This document shows, one piece after another, positions 32,035-42,364 of a stretch of DNA of 64,000 nucleotides. The stretch is from assembly GCA_964291285.2 (NCBI GenBank), contig OZ219786.1, positions 1,248,001-1,312,000 of the forward strand. Direction: 5' to 3'. Position 1 is the first letter of the stretch; every line of letters starts with the position of its first letter. This DNA is from Alphaproteobacteria bacterium (GTDB lineage Bacteria; Pseudomonadota; Alphaproteobacteria; Bin95). The translations under genes and the position numbers were made by a program. A model generated the notes under the pieces. That model saw only the letters and a program-made list of their open reading frames with translations. It ran no database searches and had not been told where the DNA came from.

Positions 32035-33008
32035 CGGCGCGTTTCGCCATCGCCGGGTCCGGCCCGGCGGGCTGCTACCTGGCGGACGCGCTTGCGAAGG
32101 CCGCGCCCGGCGCCGTCATCGACGTGTTCGAGCGGCTGGACGAACCCTTCGGCCTGGTGCGCTTCGGCGTGGCCCCGGACCACGAGGCGACCCGCGCCAT
32201 TTCCCGCGTGCTGCGCCGGCCGTTCGACAAGGGCGCGGCGCGGCTCCATCTCGGCGTCGAGGTCGGCCGCGACATAAGCCTCGCCGCGCTGCGCCGCGAC
32301 TATGACGCGGTGGCGCTGGCGACCGGCGCGCCGGTGGACCGCAGGCTGGACGTGCCCGGCGAGGAACTGGCCGAACCCTCGGGCCGCTTCATCCGCTGGA
32401 TCAACGGCCACCCCGAAGCCGTCCCGCCCGCCCGCCTCGCCGGGGCAAGGCGCGCGGTCGTCATCGGCGCCGGCAACGTGGCGCTCGACGCGGTCCGCCT
32501 GCTGGCGAAACACCGGGAAATCGGCTGCCTGAACCCGCTGGCGCTGGAGCGCATCGACCTGCTGGTCCGCGGCGGCCCGGAAGACGTGCGGTTCACGCCC
32601 TCCGAACTCGTCGAAATCGGCGACCTCGCGACGGCATGGCCCCAACTGGACGCCTTCGACGACGCGACCGGCGAGGCGGCCGCCCTGCTGAAGGAGTTTG
32701 CAGCCCGCCCGCCGGGCCGCGGCATCCCGATCCGCTTCCATTTCCGCACGCAGGCGACGGCCTTCCTCGGCGCAGGCCAGCTGGAAGCGGTCGAAACGGA
32801 CCGCGGCGCGCTCCCGGCCGATCTCGCCGTGACCTGCATCGGCTACGAGAAGGCCGCTATAGACGGCGTCTGGCCCACCGGCCCGGAGTCGGAGCCCGGT
32901 CTCTACGCCGTCGGCTGGGCCGCCCGCGGCCCGACGGGAACGATCCCGACGAACCGCGCAGAAGCCCGCGCTCTCGCCCCAAGGATGACTGCCGGCCTCG
33001 AACTGTAG
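32031..33008 (+). CDS. Compact adrenodoxin-reductase/FprA-type FAD- and NADP-dependent reductase
   Basis: IAGSGPAG, PFGLVRFGVAPDH, VVIGAGNVALD, TCIGY, GWAARGPTGTI; TTGA overlap with boxB; no CxxCxxCxxxC motif. Confidence 0.85.
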   Translation: MTARFAIAGSGPAGCYLADALAKAAPGAVIDVFERLDEPFGLVRFGVAPDHEATRAISRVLRRPFDKGAARLHLGVEVGRDISLAALRRDYDAVALATGAPVDRRLDVPGEELAEPSGRFIRWINGHPEAVPPARLAGARRAVVIGAGNVALDAVRLLAKHREIGCLNPLALERIDLLVRGGPEDVRFTPSELVEIGDLATAWPQLDAFDDATGEAAALLKEFAARPPGRGIPIRFHFRTQATAFLGAGQLEAVETDRGALPADLAVTCIGYEKAAIDGVWPTGPESEPGLYAVGWAARGPTGTIPTNRAEARALAPRMTAGLEL

Positions 33009-33212
33009 CCGGCGCGGATTTTCGCCGGCCACCCTTCCCGGTCTCCGCCATGGAAAACCCGAATATCCGACCCGTGGAGGCTACTCCATGGGGGTTTCCG
33101 GCTGCATCGTCGCATTGCTTCCGCCCACCTGCATTTCCGCGACTCGCAGCCGCGTTGAATGCGGCGGCGCAAGGAATAGGTTGCCTGTTGCTACGAAACG
33201 CTGCGAGACGCC

Positions 33213-34364
33213 ATGAAGCCGACTGTTCGTCCCGCCAATCCGAACTTCTCCTCCGGGCCCTGTACCAAGCGGCCGGGATGGACGCCGGCCGTTCTCGCCG
33301 ACGCTTTGGTGGGGCGTTCCCATCGCTCCGCGCCCGGCAAGGACAAGCTGGCGGAGGTTATCGACAGGAGCCGCCGGCTGCTCGGCATGCCGGAGGACTG
33401 GCGGCTCGCGATCGTGCCCGCCTCCGATACCGGCGCCGTCGAGATCGCGCTCTGGTCCCTGCTCGGCGCGCGCGGCGTCGATGTGCTGGCGTGGGAGAGC
33501 TTCGGCGCGAGCTGGGCCCTCGATGTCCGGGACCATCTCGGCATCGCGGACGTGCGCCTGCTGGAAGCCGGATACGGCGACCTGCCCGACCTGTCGGAAG
33601 CGGATTCCGGCCGTGACCTCGTGTTCGTGTGGAACGGCACCACCTCCGGTGTCTGCCTGCCCGATGGTGAGTGGATCGCCGAAGACCGGCGCGGCCTCGC
33701 GATCTGCGACGCCACATCGGCCGTGTTCGGCATCGAGATGCCCTGGTCCCGGCTCGATGTCGTAACCTGGTCCTGGCAAAAGGCCATCGGCGGCGAGGGG
33801 GCGCACGGCATGCTGGCGCTCGGCCCGCGCGCGGTGGAGCGGCTGCTGTCCTGGACGCCGACGCGCCCGCTGCCGAAAGTCTTCCGGCTGACCCGCAGCG
33901 GCGCGCTCATCGAGGGCGTCTTCCGCGGCGAGACGCTGAACACGCCCTCCATGCTGTGCGTCGAGGACGCGCTCGATGCGCTGGCCTGGGTGGCGAGTGT
34001 GGGCGGCCTTGCCGGGGCCGTCGCGCGCACCCGGGCCAATGCCGCCGTCATCGGGGAGTGGGTGGCCCGGACCGGCTGGATCGACTTCCTCGCCCGCGAC
34101 CCGGCGGCGCGCTCGCCGACATCGGTCTGCCTCGCCTTCGCCGATCCCCGGGTCGCCGGCCTGCCGGAGGATCGACGGAGGGTCTTCGTGCAGGCGTTGG
34201 CGGCCCGGCTCGACGCCGAGGGCGCGGCGCATGACATCGCCAACCATCGCGATGCGCCGCCGAGCCTGCGCATCTGGGCCGGCCCCACGGTCGAGCGCAG
34301 CGACCTGGAGGCGCTCATGCCCTGGCTGGACTGGGCGTTCGAGGCCGAGGTCGGAAAGCTCTGA
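33213..34364 (+). CDS. serC: Phosphoserine aminotransferase (alphaproteobacterial/Methanosarcina type)
   Basis: NFSSGPCTKRPGW, WNGTTSGV, SWQKAIGGEGAHG, LRIWAG. Confidence 0.95.
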   Translation: MKPTVRPANPNFSSGPCTKRPGWTPAVLADALVGRSHRSAPGKDKLAEVIDRSRRLLGMPEDWRLAIVPASDTGAVEIALWSLLGARGVDVLAWESFGASWALDVRDHLGIADVRLLEAGYGDLPDLSEADSGRDLVFVWNGTTSGVCLPDGEWIAEDRRGLAICDATSAVFGIEMPWSRLDVVTWSWQKAIGGEGAHGMLALGPRAVERLLSWTPTRPLPKVFRLTRSGALIEGVFRGETLNTPSMLCVEDALDALAWVASVGGLAGAVARTRANAAVIGEWVARTGWIDFLARDPAARSPTSVCLAFADPRVAGLPEDRRRVFVQALAARLDAEGAAHDIANHRDAPPSLRIWAGPTVERSDLEALMPWLDWAFEAEVGKL

Positions 34365-34372
34365 GCGCGGCG

Positions 34373-35950
34373 ATGAAGAAGGTGCTGATCGCCGACCGCT
34401 TGAGCGCCCGCGCCGGAGAAATCCTCCGCGCGGCGGGGCTGGAGGTCGAGGAGGCGCCGGACCTCGCGCCGGACGCGCTTGCCGCGCGGATGGCGGGCGT
34501 CCACGGCCTGGTGGTGCGCTCCGCCACAGAAGTCACGGCCGGCCTGCTCGACAGCGCGCCCGACCTGGAGGTTGTCGGCCGCGCCGGCATCGGCGTGGAC
34601 AATATCGACATTCCGGCGGCGACGGAGCGCGGCGTGGTCGTGATGAACACGCCCTACGGCAATACGGTCACGACGGCCGAGCACGCGATTGCGCTGCTGT
34701 TCGCGCTGGTGCGCCAGATACCGGCGGCCGACCGCTCGACCCAGGCCGGCAGGTGGGAAAAATCCCGCTTCATGGGCAGCGAGATCGCCGGCAAGACACT
34801 CGGCGTCATCGGCTGCGGCAATGTCGGCGCCGCCGTCTGCGCACGGGCGCGCGGGCTGGCAATGCGGGTGCTGGTTTTCGATCCCTTCGTTTCCGAGGAC
34901 CGGGCGCGGGACCTGGGCGCTGCCAAGGTGGACCTTGCCGCCCTCTTCGCCGAGTCCGACTTCATCACGCTCCACACGCCGCTGACCGACCGGACGCGCG
35001 GCATGATCGATGCGGACGCAATCTCCCGGATGAAGCCCGGCGTGCGCATCGTCAACTGCGCACGTGGCGGGCTCGTCGTCGAGGCGGACCTTTCGGCCGC
35101 GCTCGACAGCGGCCGGGTGGCGGGCGCGGCCTTCGACGTCTTCGAGATCGAGCCGGCGCACGAGAGCGCGCTTTTCGGCCGCGAGAACGTGGTGGCGACC
35201 CCCCATGTCGGCGCCTCCACCGCCGAGGCGCAGGAGAATGTGGCGGTCGAGGTGGCCAGCCAGATTGCGGCCTTCCTCAATACCGGCGCCGTCGTCAATG
35301 CCCTCAACGCGCCGTCCGTCACCGCCGAAGAGGCGCCGAGGCTGAAGCCCTATATGGGCCTGGCGGATGCTCTTGGCCGCTTTGTCGGACAGATTTGCGA
35401 CGATGCGATCACCGGCATCGACATTGCCTGGAAGGGTGACATGGCGCGGTTGAACACGCGCCCGCTCTCCGGTCTGGTGCTGCAGGGTGTGCTGTCGAGC
35501 CAGCTCGACTCGGTCAACATGGTGAACGCACCGCTGATAGCCCGCGAACGCGGCATCGAGCTTCGCGAAGTCTCGACCGGCGAGGCCGACGGCTACCGGG
35601 CGCTGATCGAGGTCCGCGCCGCCATGGGCGGGCGCAGTCGCACCGTTGCCGGCACGCTGTTCGGAGACCGGCTGCGGCTGGTGCGCGTGCAGGATATCCA
35701 TTTCGAGGCGGCGTTCGGGTCGATCATGCTCTTCGTCAGGAACCATGACCGGCCGGGCGTCATCGGCAAGATCGGCACGATCCTCGGCGAGGAAGGCGTC
35801 AACATCGCCAACTTCCATCTCGGCCGGCCGGTGGCGGGCGGCCATGCGCTCGCCCTCATCGAGATCGACGAGGACTGCCCGGACCGGGTGCTGGAGCGCA
35901 TCGCCGCCCTCCCGGACACCATCGCCCGCCCCCTGGTCCTCCGGTTTTGA
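34373..35950 (+). CDS. serA: D-3-phosphoglycerate dehydrogenase
   Basis: GRAGIGVDN, GCGNVG, NCARGG, TPHVGAST, C-terminal ACT domain. Confidence 0.97.
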   Translation: MKKVLIADRLSARAGEILRAAGLEVEEAPDLAPDALAARMAGVHGLVVRSATEVTAGLLDSAPDLEVVGRAGIGVDNIDIPAATERGVVVMNTPYGNTVTTAEHAIALLFALVRQIPAADRSTQAGRWEKSRFMGSEIAGKTLGVIGCGNVGAAVCARARGLAMRVLVFDPFVSEDRARDLGAAKVDLAALFAESDFITLHTPLTDRTRGMIDADAISRMKPGVRIVNCARGGLVVEADLSAALDSGRVAGAAFDVFEIEPAHESALFGRENVVATPHVGASTAEAQENVAVEVASQIAAFLNTGAVVNALNAPSVTAEEAPRLKPYMGLADALGRFVGQICDDAITGIDIAWKGDMARLNTRPLSGLVLQGVLSSQLDSVNMVNAPLIARERGIELREVSTGEADGYRALIEVRAAMGGRSRTVAGTLFGDRLRLVRVQDIHFEAAFGSIMLFVRNHDRPGVIGKIGTILGEEGVNIANFHLGRPVAGGHALALIEIDEDCPDRVLERIAALPDTIARPLVLRF

Positions 35951-36021
35951 GCGGGACGGTCCGGCGTGCAACATTCCGGCCAAACCGTGTAGCCTTGGGG
36001 CCGCCGCAAGCAGTCCGCACC

Positions 36022-37146
36022 ATGACCGACAGAGCCTTGCTTCCGGCGGGACTGCGCGATGTCCTGCCTCCCGATGCCGCCTTCGAGGCGGCCGTGGAGA
36101 CGCGCCTGCTCGAGCTCTTCGCGCTCAACGGCTATGAGCGGGTGGACCCGCCGCTCGCCGAGTTCGAGACCAGTTTCCTCGCGGACGAGGGCGCCGCGAT
36201 TGCGGCGGACACCTTCCGCATCATGGACCCGGTTTCGCAGCACATGCTGGCGCTGCGTTCCGACATGACGCTCCAGGTGGCCCGGATTGCGCGCACCCGG
36301 CTTGCCGGCGAGCCGCGCCCGCTGCGCCTTGCCTATGCGGGGCAGGTGCTGAGGGTCGGGGTCTCCCAGCTCCACGCCGAGCGCCAGGTGGCCCAGGCCG
36401 GGGTCGAGCTGATCGGCGCGGAAAGCGTGTCGGCCGATGCCGAGGTCGCGCGGCTTGGCTTCGAGGCTCTGGAAGCGCTGGGCGCGCCGGGGGCGAGCAT
36501 CGACCTCGGCGCGCCGGCGCTGGTGAGGGCGCTTCTCGCCGATGCCGGCCTCGAAGACGACGCCGTGCTGGGCGATGCGCTCGACCGCAAGGACGCGGCG
36601 GCGGTCGCGGCGCGGGGCGGACCGCGCTTCACGGCTTTGATGGCGGCGACCGGTCCTTACGAGACGGTGGCGCCGGCGCTCTCTTCGCTCGACCTGCCGG
36701 CCGACGCGGCCGCGCTTCGGGACCGCCTGCTGGACGTTGCGGCGGCAGTGGCGGCGGCGGCCCCCGGACTGCAGATCACCATCGACCCGGTGGAGCACCG
36801 CGGCTTCCAGTATTACTCGGGCGTGGCCTTCAGCCTGTTCGCGAGCGGCGGGTGCGGCGAAGTGGGCCGCGGCGGTCGCTACCGCGCCGAGGGCGAGACG
36901 GGCACGGGCGTGACGCTCTATCTCGACGCCGTCCACCGCCTGCTGACGCCGCCCGCGCCGCGTTCCCGCCTGTTCCTGCCTTACGGCGCGGGCGGCGCGG
37001 AGCGTCGGCGCTGGCAGGCGGACGGCTGGATAACGGTGCAGGCGCTTGCGCCGGCGAGCGACCCCGAAGCCGAGGCGCGCCGTCTCGGCTGCGGCTACCT
37101 GTTGGGCGCCGGCGGCATCGAATCCCTGGACGGAGACCCGGAATGA
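36022..37146 (+). CDS. hisZ: ATP phosphoribosyltransferase regulatory subunit
   Basis: [41 protein letters not shown]; upstream of purA. Confidence 0.92.
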   Translation: MTDRALLPAGLRDVLPPDAAFEAAVETRLLELFALNGYERVDPPLAEFETSFLADEGAAIAADTFRIMDPVSQHMLALRSDMTLQVARIARTRLAGEPRPLRLAYAGQVLRVGVSQLHAERQVAQAGVELIGAESVSADAEVARLGFEALEALGAPGASIDLGAPALVRALLADAGLEDDAVLGDALDRKDAAAVAARGGPRFTALMAATGPYETVAPALSSLDLPADAAALRDRLLDVAAAVAAAAPGLQITIDPVEHRGFQYYSGVAFSLFASGGCGEVGRGGRYRAEGETGTGVTLYLDAVHRLLTPPAPRSRLFLPYGAGGAERRRWQADGWITVQALAPASDPEAEARRLGCGYLLGAGGIESLDGDPE

Positions 37147-38432
37147 CCAATGTGGCCGTAATCGGCGCGCAATGGGGCGACGAAGGCAAGGGGAAGGTCG
37201 TGGACTGGCTCGCCGAGCGGGCCGATGTCGTGGTGCGCTTCCAGGGCGGACACAATGCCGGCCATACGCTGCAGGTCGCCAACGAGACCTACAAGCTCTC
37301 CCTGCTGCCCTCCGGCGTGGTGCGGGGCACGCTTTCGATCATCGGCAACGGCGTGGTGGTGGACCCGTGGGCGCTGCTGGAAGAAATGGATCGCCTGCGC
37401 GGGCAGGGCGTTGCGGTTTCTCCCGAAACGCTGCGCCTCGCGGAAAGCGCGACGCTGATCCTGCCCTTCTACGGACACGTGGACCGGCTCCGCGAGCAAC
37501 GGCGGGGGAAGGGCGCTATAGGCACGACCGGGCGCGGCATCGGCGTTGCCTATGAAGACAAGGCCGGGCGGCGCGCGATCCGCGTTGCCGACCTGTATGA
37601 CGATGCGGCGCTCCGCGACAAGGTCGGCCACCTGCTGGAGCATCACAACGCCCTGCTGCGCGGTTGGGGCGCGGAGGAAATCGCGCCCGACGAGCTCATT
37701 GCGGGTCTCGTGGAAGTTCGCGGCCCGCTGGCGCCCTATGTCGATTGCGTGTGGGAGCGGCTGGACGGGTTACGCCGATCCGGCAGGCGGATCCTGTTCG
37801 AAGGCGCGCAGGGCATCTTTCTCGATGTGGACCACGGCACCTATCCGTTCGTGACCTCCTCGAACACGGTTGCCGCGGCCGCCGCGGTCGGCAGCGGCAT
37901 GGGGCCGGGCGCGGTCGGCTATGTGCTCGGCATCGCCAAGGCCTACACGACGCGCGTCGGCGGCGGCCCGTTCCCCACCGAATTGAAGGACGATGTCGGC
38001 GCGCATCTTGCCGAGCGCGGCCGCGAGTTCGGCACCGTCACCGGACGGCCGCGGCGCTGCGGCTGGTTCGATGCGGCGGCGGTGCGCCAGGCGGTGCGGC
38101 TCTCAGGCATGGACGGCATTGCGCTCACCAAGCTCGACGTGCTGGATGGGCTCGACGCCCTGGAAGTCTGCACCGGATACCGGATCGGCGAGCGCATGCT
38201 GTCGCGCCTGCCCGCCAGCCAGACCGAACAGGCGGCGGTGGAGCCGGTTTATGAGCGGCTGGAAGGCTGGTCCGAAAGCACCGCGGGCGCTAAGGGCTGG
38301 GCCCAATTGCCGGCCACGGCGGTCAAATATGTCCGGCGTGTCGAAGAACTGATCGGCTGCCCGGTGGCCCTGCTTTCCACAGGGCCGGACCGCGAAGACA
38401 CGATAGCGATGTACGATCCCTTCGCCGACTAG
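37143..38432 (+). CDS. purA: Adenylosuccinate synthetase
   Basis: [42 protein letters not shown]. Confidence 0.98.
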   Translation: MTNVAVIGAQWGDEGKGKVVDWLAERADVVVRFQGGHNAGHTLQVANETYKLSLLPSGVVRGTLSIIGNGVVVDPWALLEEMDRLRGQGVAVSPETLRLAESATLILPFYGHVDRLREQRRGKGAIGTTGRGIGVAYEDKAGRRAIRVADLYDDAALRDKVGHLLEHHNALLRGWGAEEIAPDELIAGLVEVRGPLAPYVDCVWERLDGLRRSGRRILFEGAQGIFLDVDHGTYPFVTSSNTVAAAAAVGSGMGPGAVGYVLGIAKAYTTRVGGGPFPTELKDDVGAHLAERGREFGTVTGRPRRCGWFDAAAVRQAVRLSGMDGIALTKLDVLDGLDALEVCTGYRIGERMLSRLPASQTEQAAVEPVYERLEGWSESTAGAKGWAQLPATAVKYVRRVEELIGCPVALLSTGPDREDTIAMYDPFAD

Positions 38433-38447
38433 GGCAGCGAAGTCCGG

Positions 38448-38756
38448 CTAGGCGGCCTGCTCGCGGGCTTCGCGCTTGGCCTTCGCCCTCTCGATACGGC
38501 GCTTGATGCGCCGGGCCTCGACCGTCAGCTTCGAGTCGGGGCGGCCGAGAAGGAAGGCGTCGAGACCGCCATTATGCTCCACTGTGCGCAGGCCGTGGCC
38601 CGAGATGCGCAGCCGCACCGCCTCGCCCAGGACTTCGCTCAACAGGGTCCTGGACTGCACATTCGGCAGAAAGCGCCGGCGGGTCTTGTTGTTGGCGTGG
38701 CTGACATTGTTGCCGGTCATCACGCCCTTGCCGGTGATCGCGCAGCGCCGCGACAT
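38448..38756 (-). CDS. rpmB: 50S ribosomal protein L28
   Basis: [28 protein letters not shown]. Confidence 0.97.
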   Translation of the reverse strand: MSRRCAITGKGVMTGNNVSHANNKTRRRFLPNVQSRTLLSEVLGEAVRLRISGHGLRTVEHNGGLDAFLLGRPDSKLTVEARRIKRRIERAKAKREAREQAA

Positions 38757-38834
38757 CGCCTTCACTCCTTGCCGGAACGGCCTCGTTCGGAACGCGGCTG
38801 TATAGGGACGCCGCCCCGGCCGGTCAAGCGCCGG

Positions 38835-39653
38835 CTAGCCACCCAGTTCCCGCGAGCGGTTGGCGGCGGCGGCGACGGCGCGGCGCATCAGCGCGGCGAG
38901 GCCGTCATCCTCCATCAGCACATCGAGGGCGGCGGCGGTGGTCCCGCCCGGACTCGTGACATTGCGCCTAAGCACGTCCGCACTTTCCGGCGATCGGTTC
39001 AGCAGTTCGCCGGCCCCGGAAACGGTTGCGCGGGCGAGGCGCATCGCCATGTCGGCCGGCAGCCCCTCGCGCTGGCCGGCCGCAGCGAGCGCCTCCACCA
39101 GATGGAAGACATAGGCCGGGCCGCTGCCGGAAACGGCCGTCACCGCGTCCATGGCCGTCTCGTCCCCGAGCCACACGACCTCGCCGACGGCTTCGCAGAT
39201 CGTCTGGCAGAGCGCCATCTGCGCGGGATCGACGCCCCGGTTCGCGGTGAGCGCCGCAATGCCGCGGCCGACCGCCGCCGGCGTGTTCGGCATGGCGCGG
39301 ACAACGGCGGCGCCCCAACCCAGTATCTTCTCGAAGAACGCAATCGGGGTCCCGGCGGCTATCGAGAGGAACACGGGCGCCCCGTGCCCCGTATACCGGC
39401 AGTAGGCCGGTACGACATCTTCCATCACCTGGGGCTTGACCGCGAAGATGACTGCGTCCGGGCGCATCCGGTCGGTGACATTTTCGAGCGCCGTCGTGAT
39501 GTGGACGCCGGGTTTGCCCCGAAATTCCCGCGTCGCGGCCTCTTCCGGTTCGACGACCACGATCTGGTCGGCGAACCGCTGTTCCAGCCAGCCGGTCAAC
39601 AGTGCGCCGCCCATCTTGCCACAGCCGACAAGGATCAGGTTTGGAGTGCTCAT
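38835..39653 (-). CDS. proC: Pyrroline-5-carboxylate reductase
   Basis: LVGCGKMG, AVKPQ, RAMPNTP, SGSGPAY, VTSPGGTT. Confidence 0.96.
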   Translation of the reverse strand: MSTPNLILVGCGKMGGALLTGWLEQRFADQIVVVEPEEAATREFRGKPGVHITTALENVTDRMRPDAVIFAVKPQVMEDVVPAYCRYTGHGAPVFLSIAAGTPIAFFEKILGWGAAVVRAMPNTPAAVGRGIAALTANRGVDPAQMALCQTICEAVGEVVWLGDETAMDAVTAVSGSGPAYVFHLVEALAAAGQREGLPADMAMRLARATVSGAGELLNRSPESADVLRRNVTSPGGTTAAALDVLMEDDGLAALMRRAVAAAANRSRELGG

Positions 39654-40144
39654 GCCTCGCCCATTGGATGGATCATTGCGGCCGCCACGGCCTTGGCCGG
39701 CGACTTGCCGCCCCATAACGCATGTTGGAACGCGGGATAGAATTGGTCCAGCCCGCTTGTGGCGGCGAGCAGGACGTCCTCCACCAGTTCCCTGGAGGCC
39801 GAGACGCCGCGGAGTGGAATGGCGTGGCGGAAGCAAAGCGCCCCGGCGTCGCGTTCGAAGCAGAAATGCCCGATTTCCAGCATGTCGTTGGCGTAGGCGA
39901 GCATTTCCAGCAGCGCGTTCTGCCCCTCCAGGGGCACGGGCAGCCGGCACGCCGCGGCAATCTGCATGACGGCGGGTCGCATGTGCCAGGCCGCGCACAC
40001 GGAGGTCTCGCCCCAGCTTCCCGGAAGTTCCGCCGAGAGCGTTCGTGAATCGTCCCGGCTGTAGGCCCAGTCGCGCGTCCGGACAATGTCCTCGACAAGG
40101 TCGATCGGGTTCGGAACCTCGGCAAACGTTCTTTGCGTCAACAT
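39650..40144 (-). CDS. YbjN domain protein
   Basis: NPIDLVE N-terminus, GHF, F..ALWGGKSP..A..AAM...GEA; conserved position upstream of proC. Confidence 0.8.
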   Translation of the reverse strand: MLTQRTFAEVPNPIDLVEDIVRTRDWAYSRDDSRTLSAELPGSWGETSVCAAWHMRPAVMQIAAACRLPVPLEGQNALLEMLAYANDMLEIGHFCFERDAGALCFRHAIPLRGVSASRELVEDVLLAATSGLDQFYPAFQHALWGGKSPAKAVAAAMIHPMGEA

Positions 40145-40319
40145 GGGTTATCCAATACAGCACAATATATCGTATTGCCAATGATCTATAACCACAATTT
40201 GTGGAAAAATCGGGGTTCTTGCCGGCGTACAGAATGCGGACTCGGCGAGAAGGCGCGCGGCGTTGTCATGACCGCGAGACGGGCTATATTCGCTGAAAAC
40301 GGGAATCAGGCTTGCGGCG

Positions 40320-40973
40320 ATGAGCGAATATGTCGTCCAGAGGGCGAATATGGTGGAGTGCCAGTTGCGGGCCGGCCGGGTCACGAATTCGGCCTTGCTG
40401 GATGCAATGGGCAGCGTGGCGCGCGAGGACTTCGCCCCCGTTGCGCTGAAGCCGGTCGCCTATGTGGACGAGGACCTTGCGTTCTGCGGCCGCGTTCTGG
40501 TCGAGCCGATGGTCTTCGCGCGTCTGGTGCAATGCGCCGAACCCGGGCCGGACGACTATGTGCTCGATATCGGCGCCGGGCTCGGCTATTCGAGTGCCGT
40601 TCTGGGCCGGATCGCGAGCGCGGTCGTGGCCCTGGAAAGCGACGGGGAGCTCGCGAAAGACGCCCGCAAGGCGCTTGCCGAGGCCGGCAGCGACAATGTC
40701 CTGGTGGTCGAAGGGCGGCTGGAGGCGGGCTGTCCCGAAGAGGCGCCGTTCAATCTCATCACCGTTCAGGGCGCTATCGCATCCGTTCCGCCGGCCCTGC
40801 TCGACCAGTTGGCGGAAGGCGGACGGCTCGCCGCGGTGGTGCGGTCCGGCGGCGGCCTCGGCCGGGCGGAAATCTTCACGAAACGGGGCGGCGTGGTGTC
40901 GTCGCGCACCGTCTTCGATGCCGGCACCCCCTATGTTGCGGGCTTCGAGCCCAGGCAGGAGTTTGTGTTTTGA
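40320..40973 (+). CDS. pcm: Protein-L-isoaspartate O-methyltransferase
   Basis: RANMVECQLR, REDF, LDIGAGLGYSSA, QLAEGGRL, C-terminal FVF. Confidence 0.9.
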   Translation: MSEYVVQRANMVECQLRAGRVTNSALLDAMGSVAREDFAPVALKPVAYVDEDLAFCGRVLVEPMVFARLVQCAEPGPDDYVLDIGAGLGYSSAVLGRIASAVVALESDGELAKDARKALAEAGSDNVLVVEGRLEAGCPEEAPFNLITVQGAIASVPPALLDQLAEGGRLAAVVRSGGGLGRAEIFTKRGGVVSSRTVFDAGTPYVAGFEPRQEFVF

Positions 40974-42364
40974 GCGCCCGATGGTTCCGGCTTGCCACCC
41001 TTTCCGCCGCGACAGCACTGGCGCTCGCCCTGCCTGTTGCGGCGGCCGCCGACACGCTGCTGGAGGCGATGGCCAAGGCCTATGCCGCGAACCCGCAGCT
41101 CGAGGCCGAGCGCGCGCGCCTGCGCGCTACGGACGAAGGTGTGCCGCAGGCGCTTTCGGGCTGGCGGCCGACAGTGACGGCGCGGGGTAGCGCGGGTTTC
41201 GGACACTATGACGCCAAGGCTCCGGTCCGGGGCCAGAACATGTCCGAGAAACGCCGTCCCGCAACCCTGGAAGTCGAGGCGAGGCAGCCGCTCTACAAGG
41301 GGCAGCAGACTGCCGCCCGGCTGCAGGGCGCGAAACATCGCGTCTCCGCGCAACGCTACCGGCTCGTCTCCGTCGAGCAGGCCGTTTTCCTCAGCACCGG
41401 CATTGCGTTCATGGATGTGGTGCGCGACCAGGCCGTGGTGGAGTTGACAGTCAACAATGTCAATGTGCTGCGCCGGCGCCTTCAGGCGGCGCGCGACCAG
41501 TTCGAGGTCGGCGAGGTTACGCGCACCGATGTCGCGCAGGCGGAAGCGCGGCTGGCGCGCGCCATCGCAGAACGGGCCTCCGCCGAGGGCCAGCTGGAAG
41601 CGTCCCGGGCCGGCTATGAGCGCGTGGTCGGCGAGCTTCCCGGCCGGCTGGAGGCGCCTCTGCCGCTCTCCGGCCTGCCCGGGACGAAAGGAGAAGCCGT
41701 CGAGGCTGCATCGCAGCATCATCCGGATGTGGCGGCTGCCTCCTTCGATGAGCAGGCGGCACTGGCGGATGCCGACGCGATCCGGAGCGAATTGCTGCCG
41801 ACGGTCAACCTTGTCGGCAATGTCGTGCATCGAAGAGACGCCGGGGGGCGGGACAACAGGAACAGTGACGCCACGGTATCGGCCGTGGTGTCGGTGCCCC
41901 TCTACGAGGCCGGAAGCGTCACCTCGCGCCGCCGCGCGGCGATCGAAACCGCTTCGCGTTTGCGCGCCGTGGTCGAGGACCGCCGCCGCGTCGCCGTCGA
42001 GCAGGCGGTCAGGGCATGGGAAAGCCTGGCCTCCGCCCGCGCGCGGCTGGAGTCGCTGTCCACCGAGGTCCGGGCTTCGGAGATTGCGCTGGACGGGCTG
42101 CAACAGGAAGCCGAAGTCGGCACCCGCACCCTGCTCGACGTTCTGGACGCGGAGCAGGACCTTCTGGACGCGCGCGTGAATGTTGTGCGCACGAAGCAGT
42201 CGGAAGCGGTGGCGAGCTACCAGTTGGCTGCGGCGATGGGCCGCCTGACCGCCGAGGCCCAGCAGGTGCCCGTGCCGCTGTACGATTTCCGGACCAACTA
42301 CGACCGTGTCCGCACTCTGCGGTGGGACCCGGGCGCGATATTCGGCGGGAGCCGGGAAAAATGA
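40970..42364 (+). CDS. tolC: TolC-family outer membrane protein
   Basis: Signal peptide; AY..NPQL.AERA, FEVGEVTRTDVAQA, VGTRTLLDVLDAEQ; start TTG 40970 inferred. Confidence 0.92.
   Translation: MSARWFRLATLSAATALALALPVAAAADTLLEAMAKAYAANPQLEAERARLRATDEGVPQALSGWRPTVTARGSAGFGHYDAKAPVRGQNMSEKRRPATLEVEARQPLYKGQQTAARLQGAKHRVSAQRYRLVSVEQAVFLSTGIAFMDVVRDQAVVELTVNNVNVLRRRLQAARDQFEVGEVTRTDVAQAEARLARAIAERASAEGQLEASRAGYERVVGELPGRLEAPLPLSGLPGTKGEAVEAASQHHPDVAAASFDEQAALADADAIRSELLPTVNLVGNVVHRRDAGGRDNRNSDATVSAVVSVPLYEAGSVTSRRRAAIETASRLRAVVEDRRRVAVEQAVRAWESLASARARLESLSTEVRASEIALDGLQQEAEVGTRTLLDVLDAEQDLLDARVNVVRTKQSEAVASYQLAAAMGRLTAEAQQVPVPLYDFRTNYDRVRTLRWDPGAIFGGSREK

Noticed and set aside
32031-33008. Calling this gene boxA
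   Set aside because: Lacks the two [4Fe-4S] cysteine motifs and plant-type FNR motifs of BoxA; motifs are AdR/FprA-type
33010-33212. serC leader RNA or riboswitch
   Set aside because: Some hairpin potential, but I could not match it to a known motif by eye; needs an Rfam/Infernal scan
33191-35983. 930-aa minus-strand ORF, and similar long ORFs at 10627-13299, 42819-45599, 53091-55433 and 59268-61673
   Set aside because: Antisense shadows of serC/serA, gyrA, valS and phn genes
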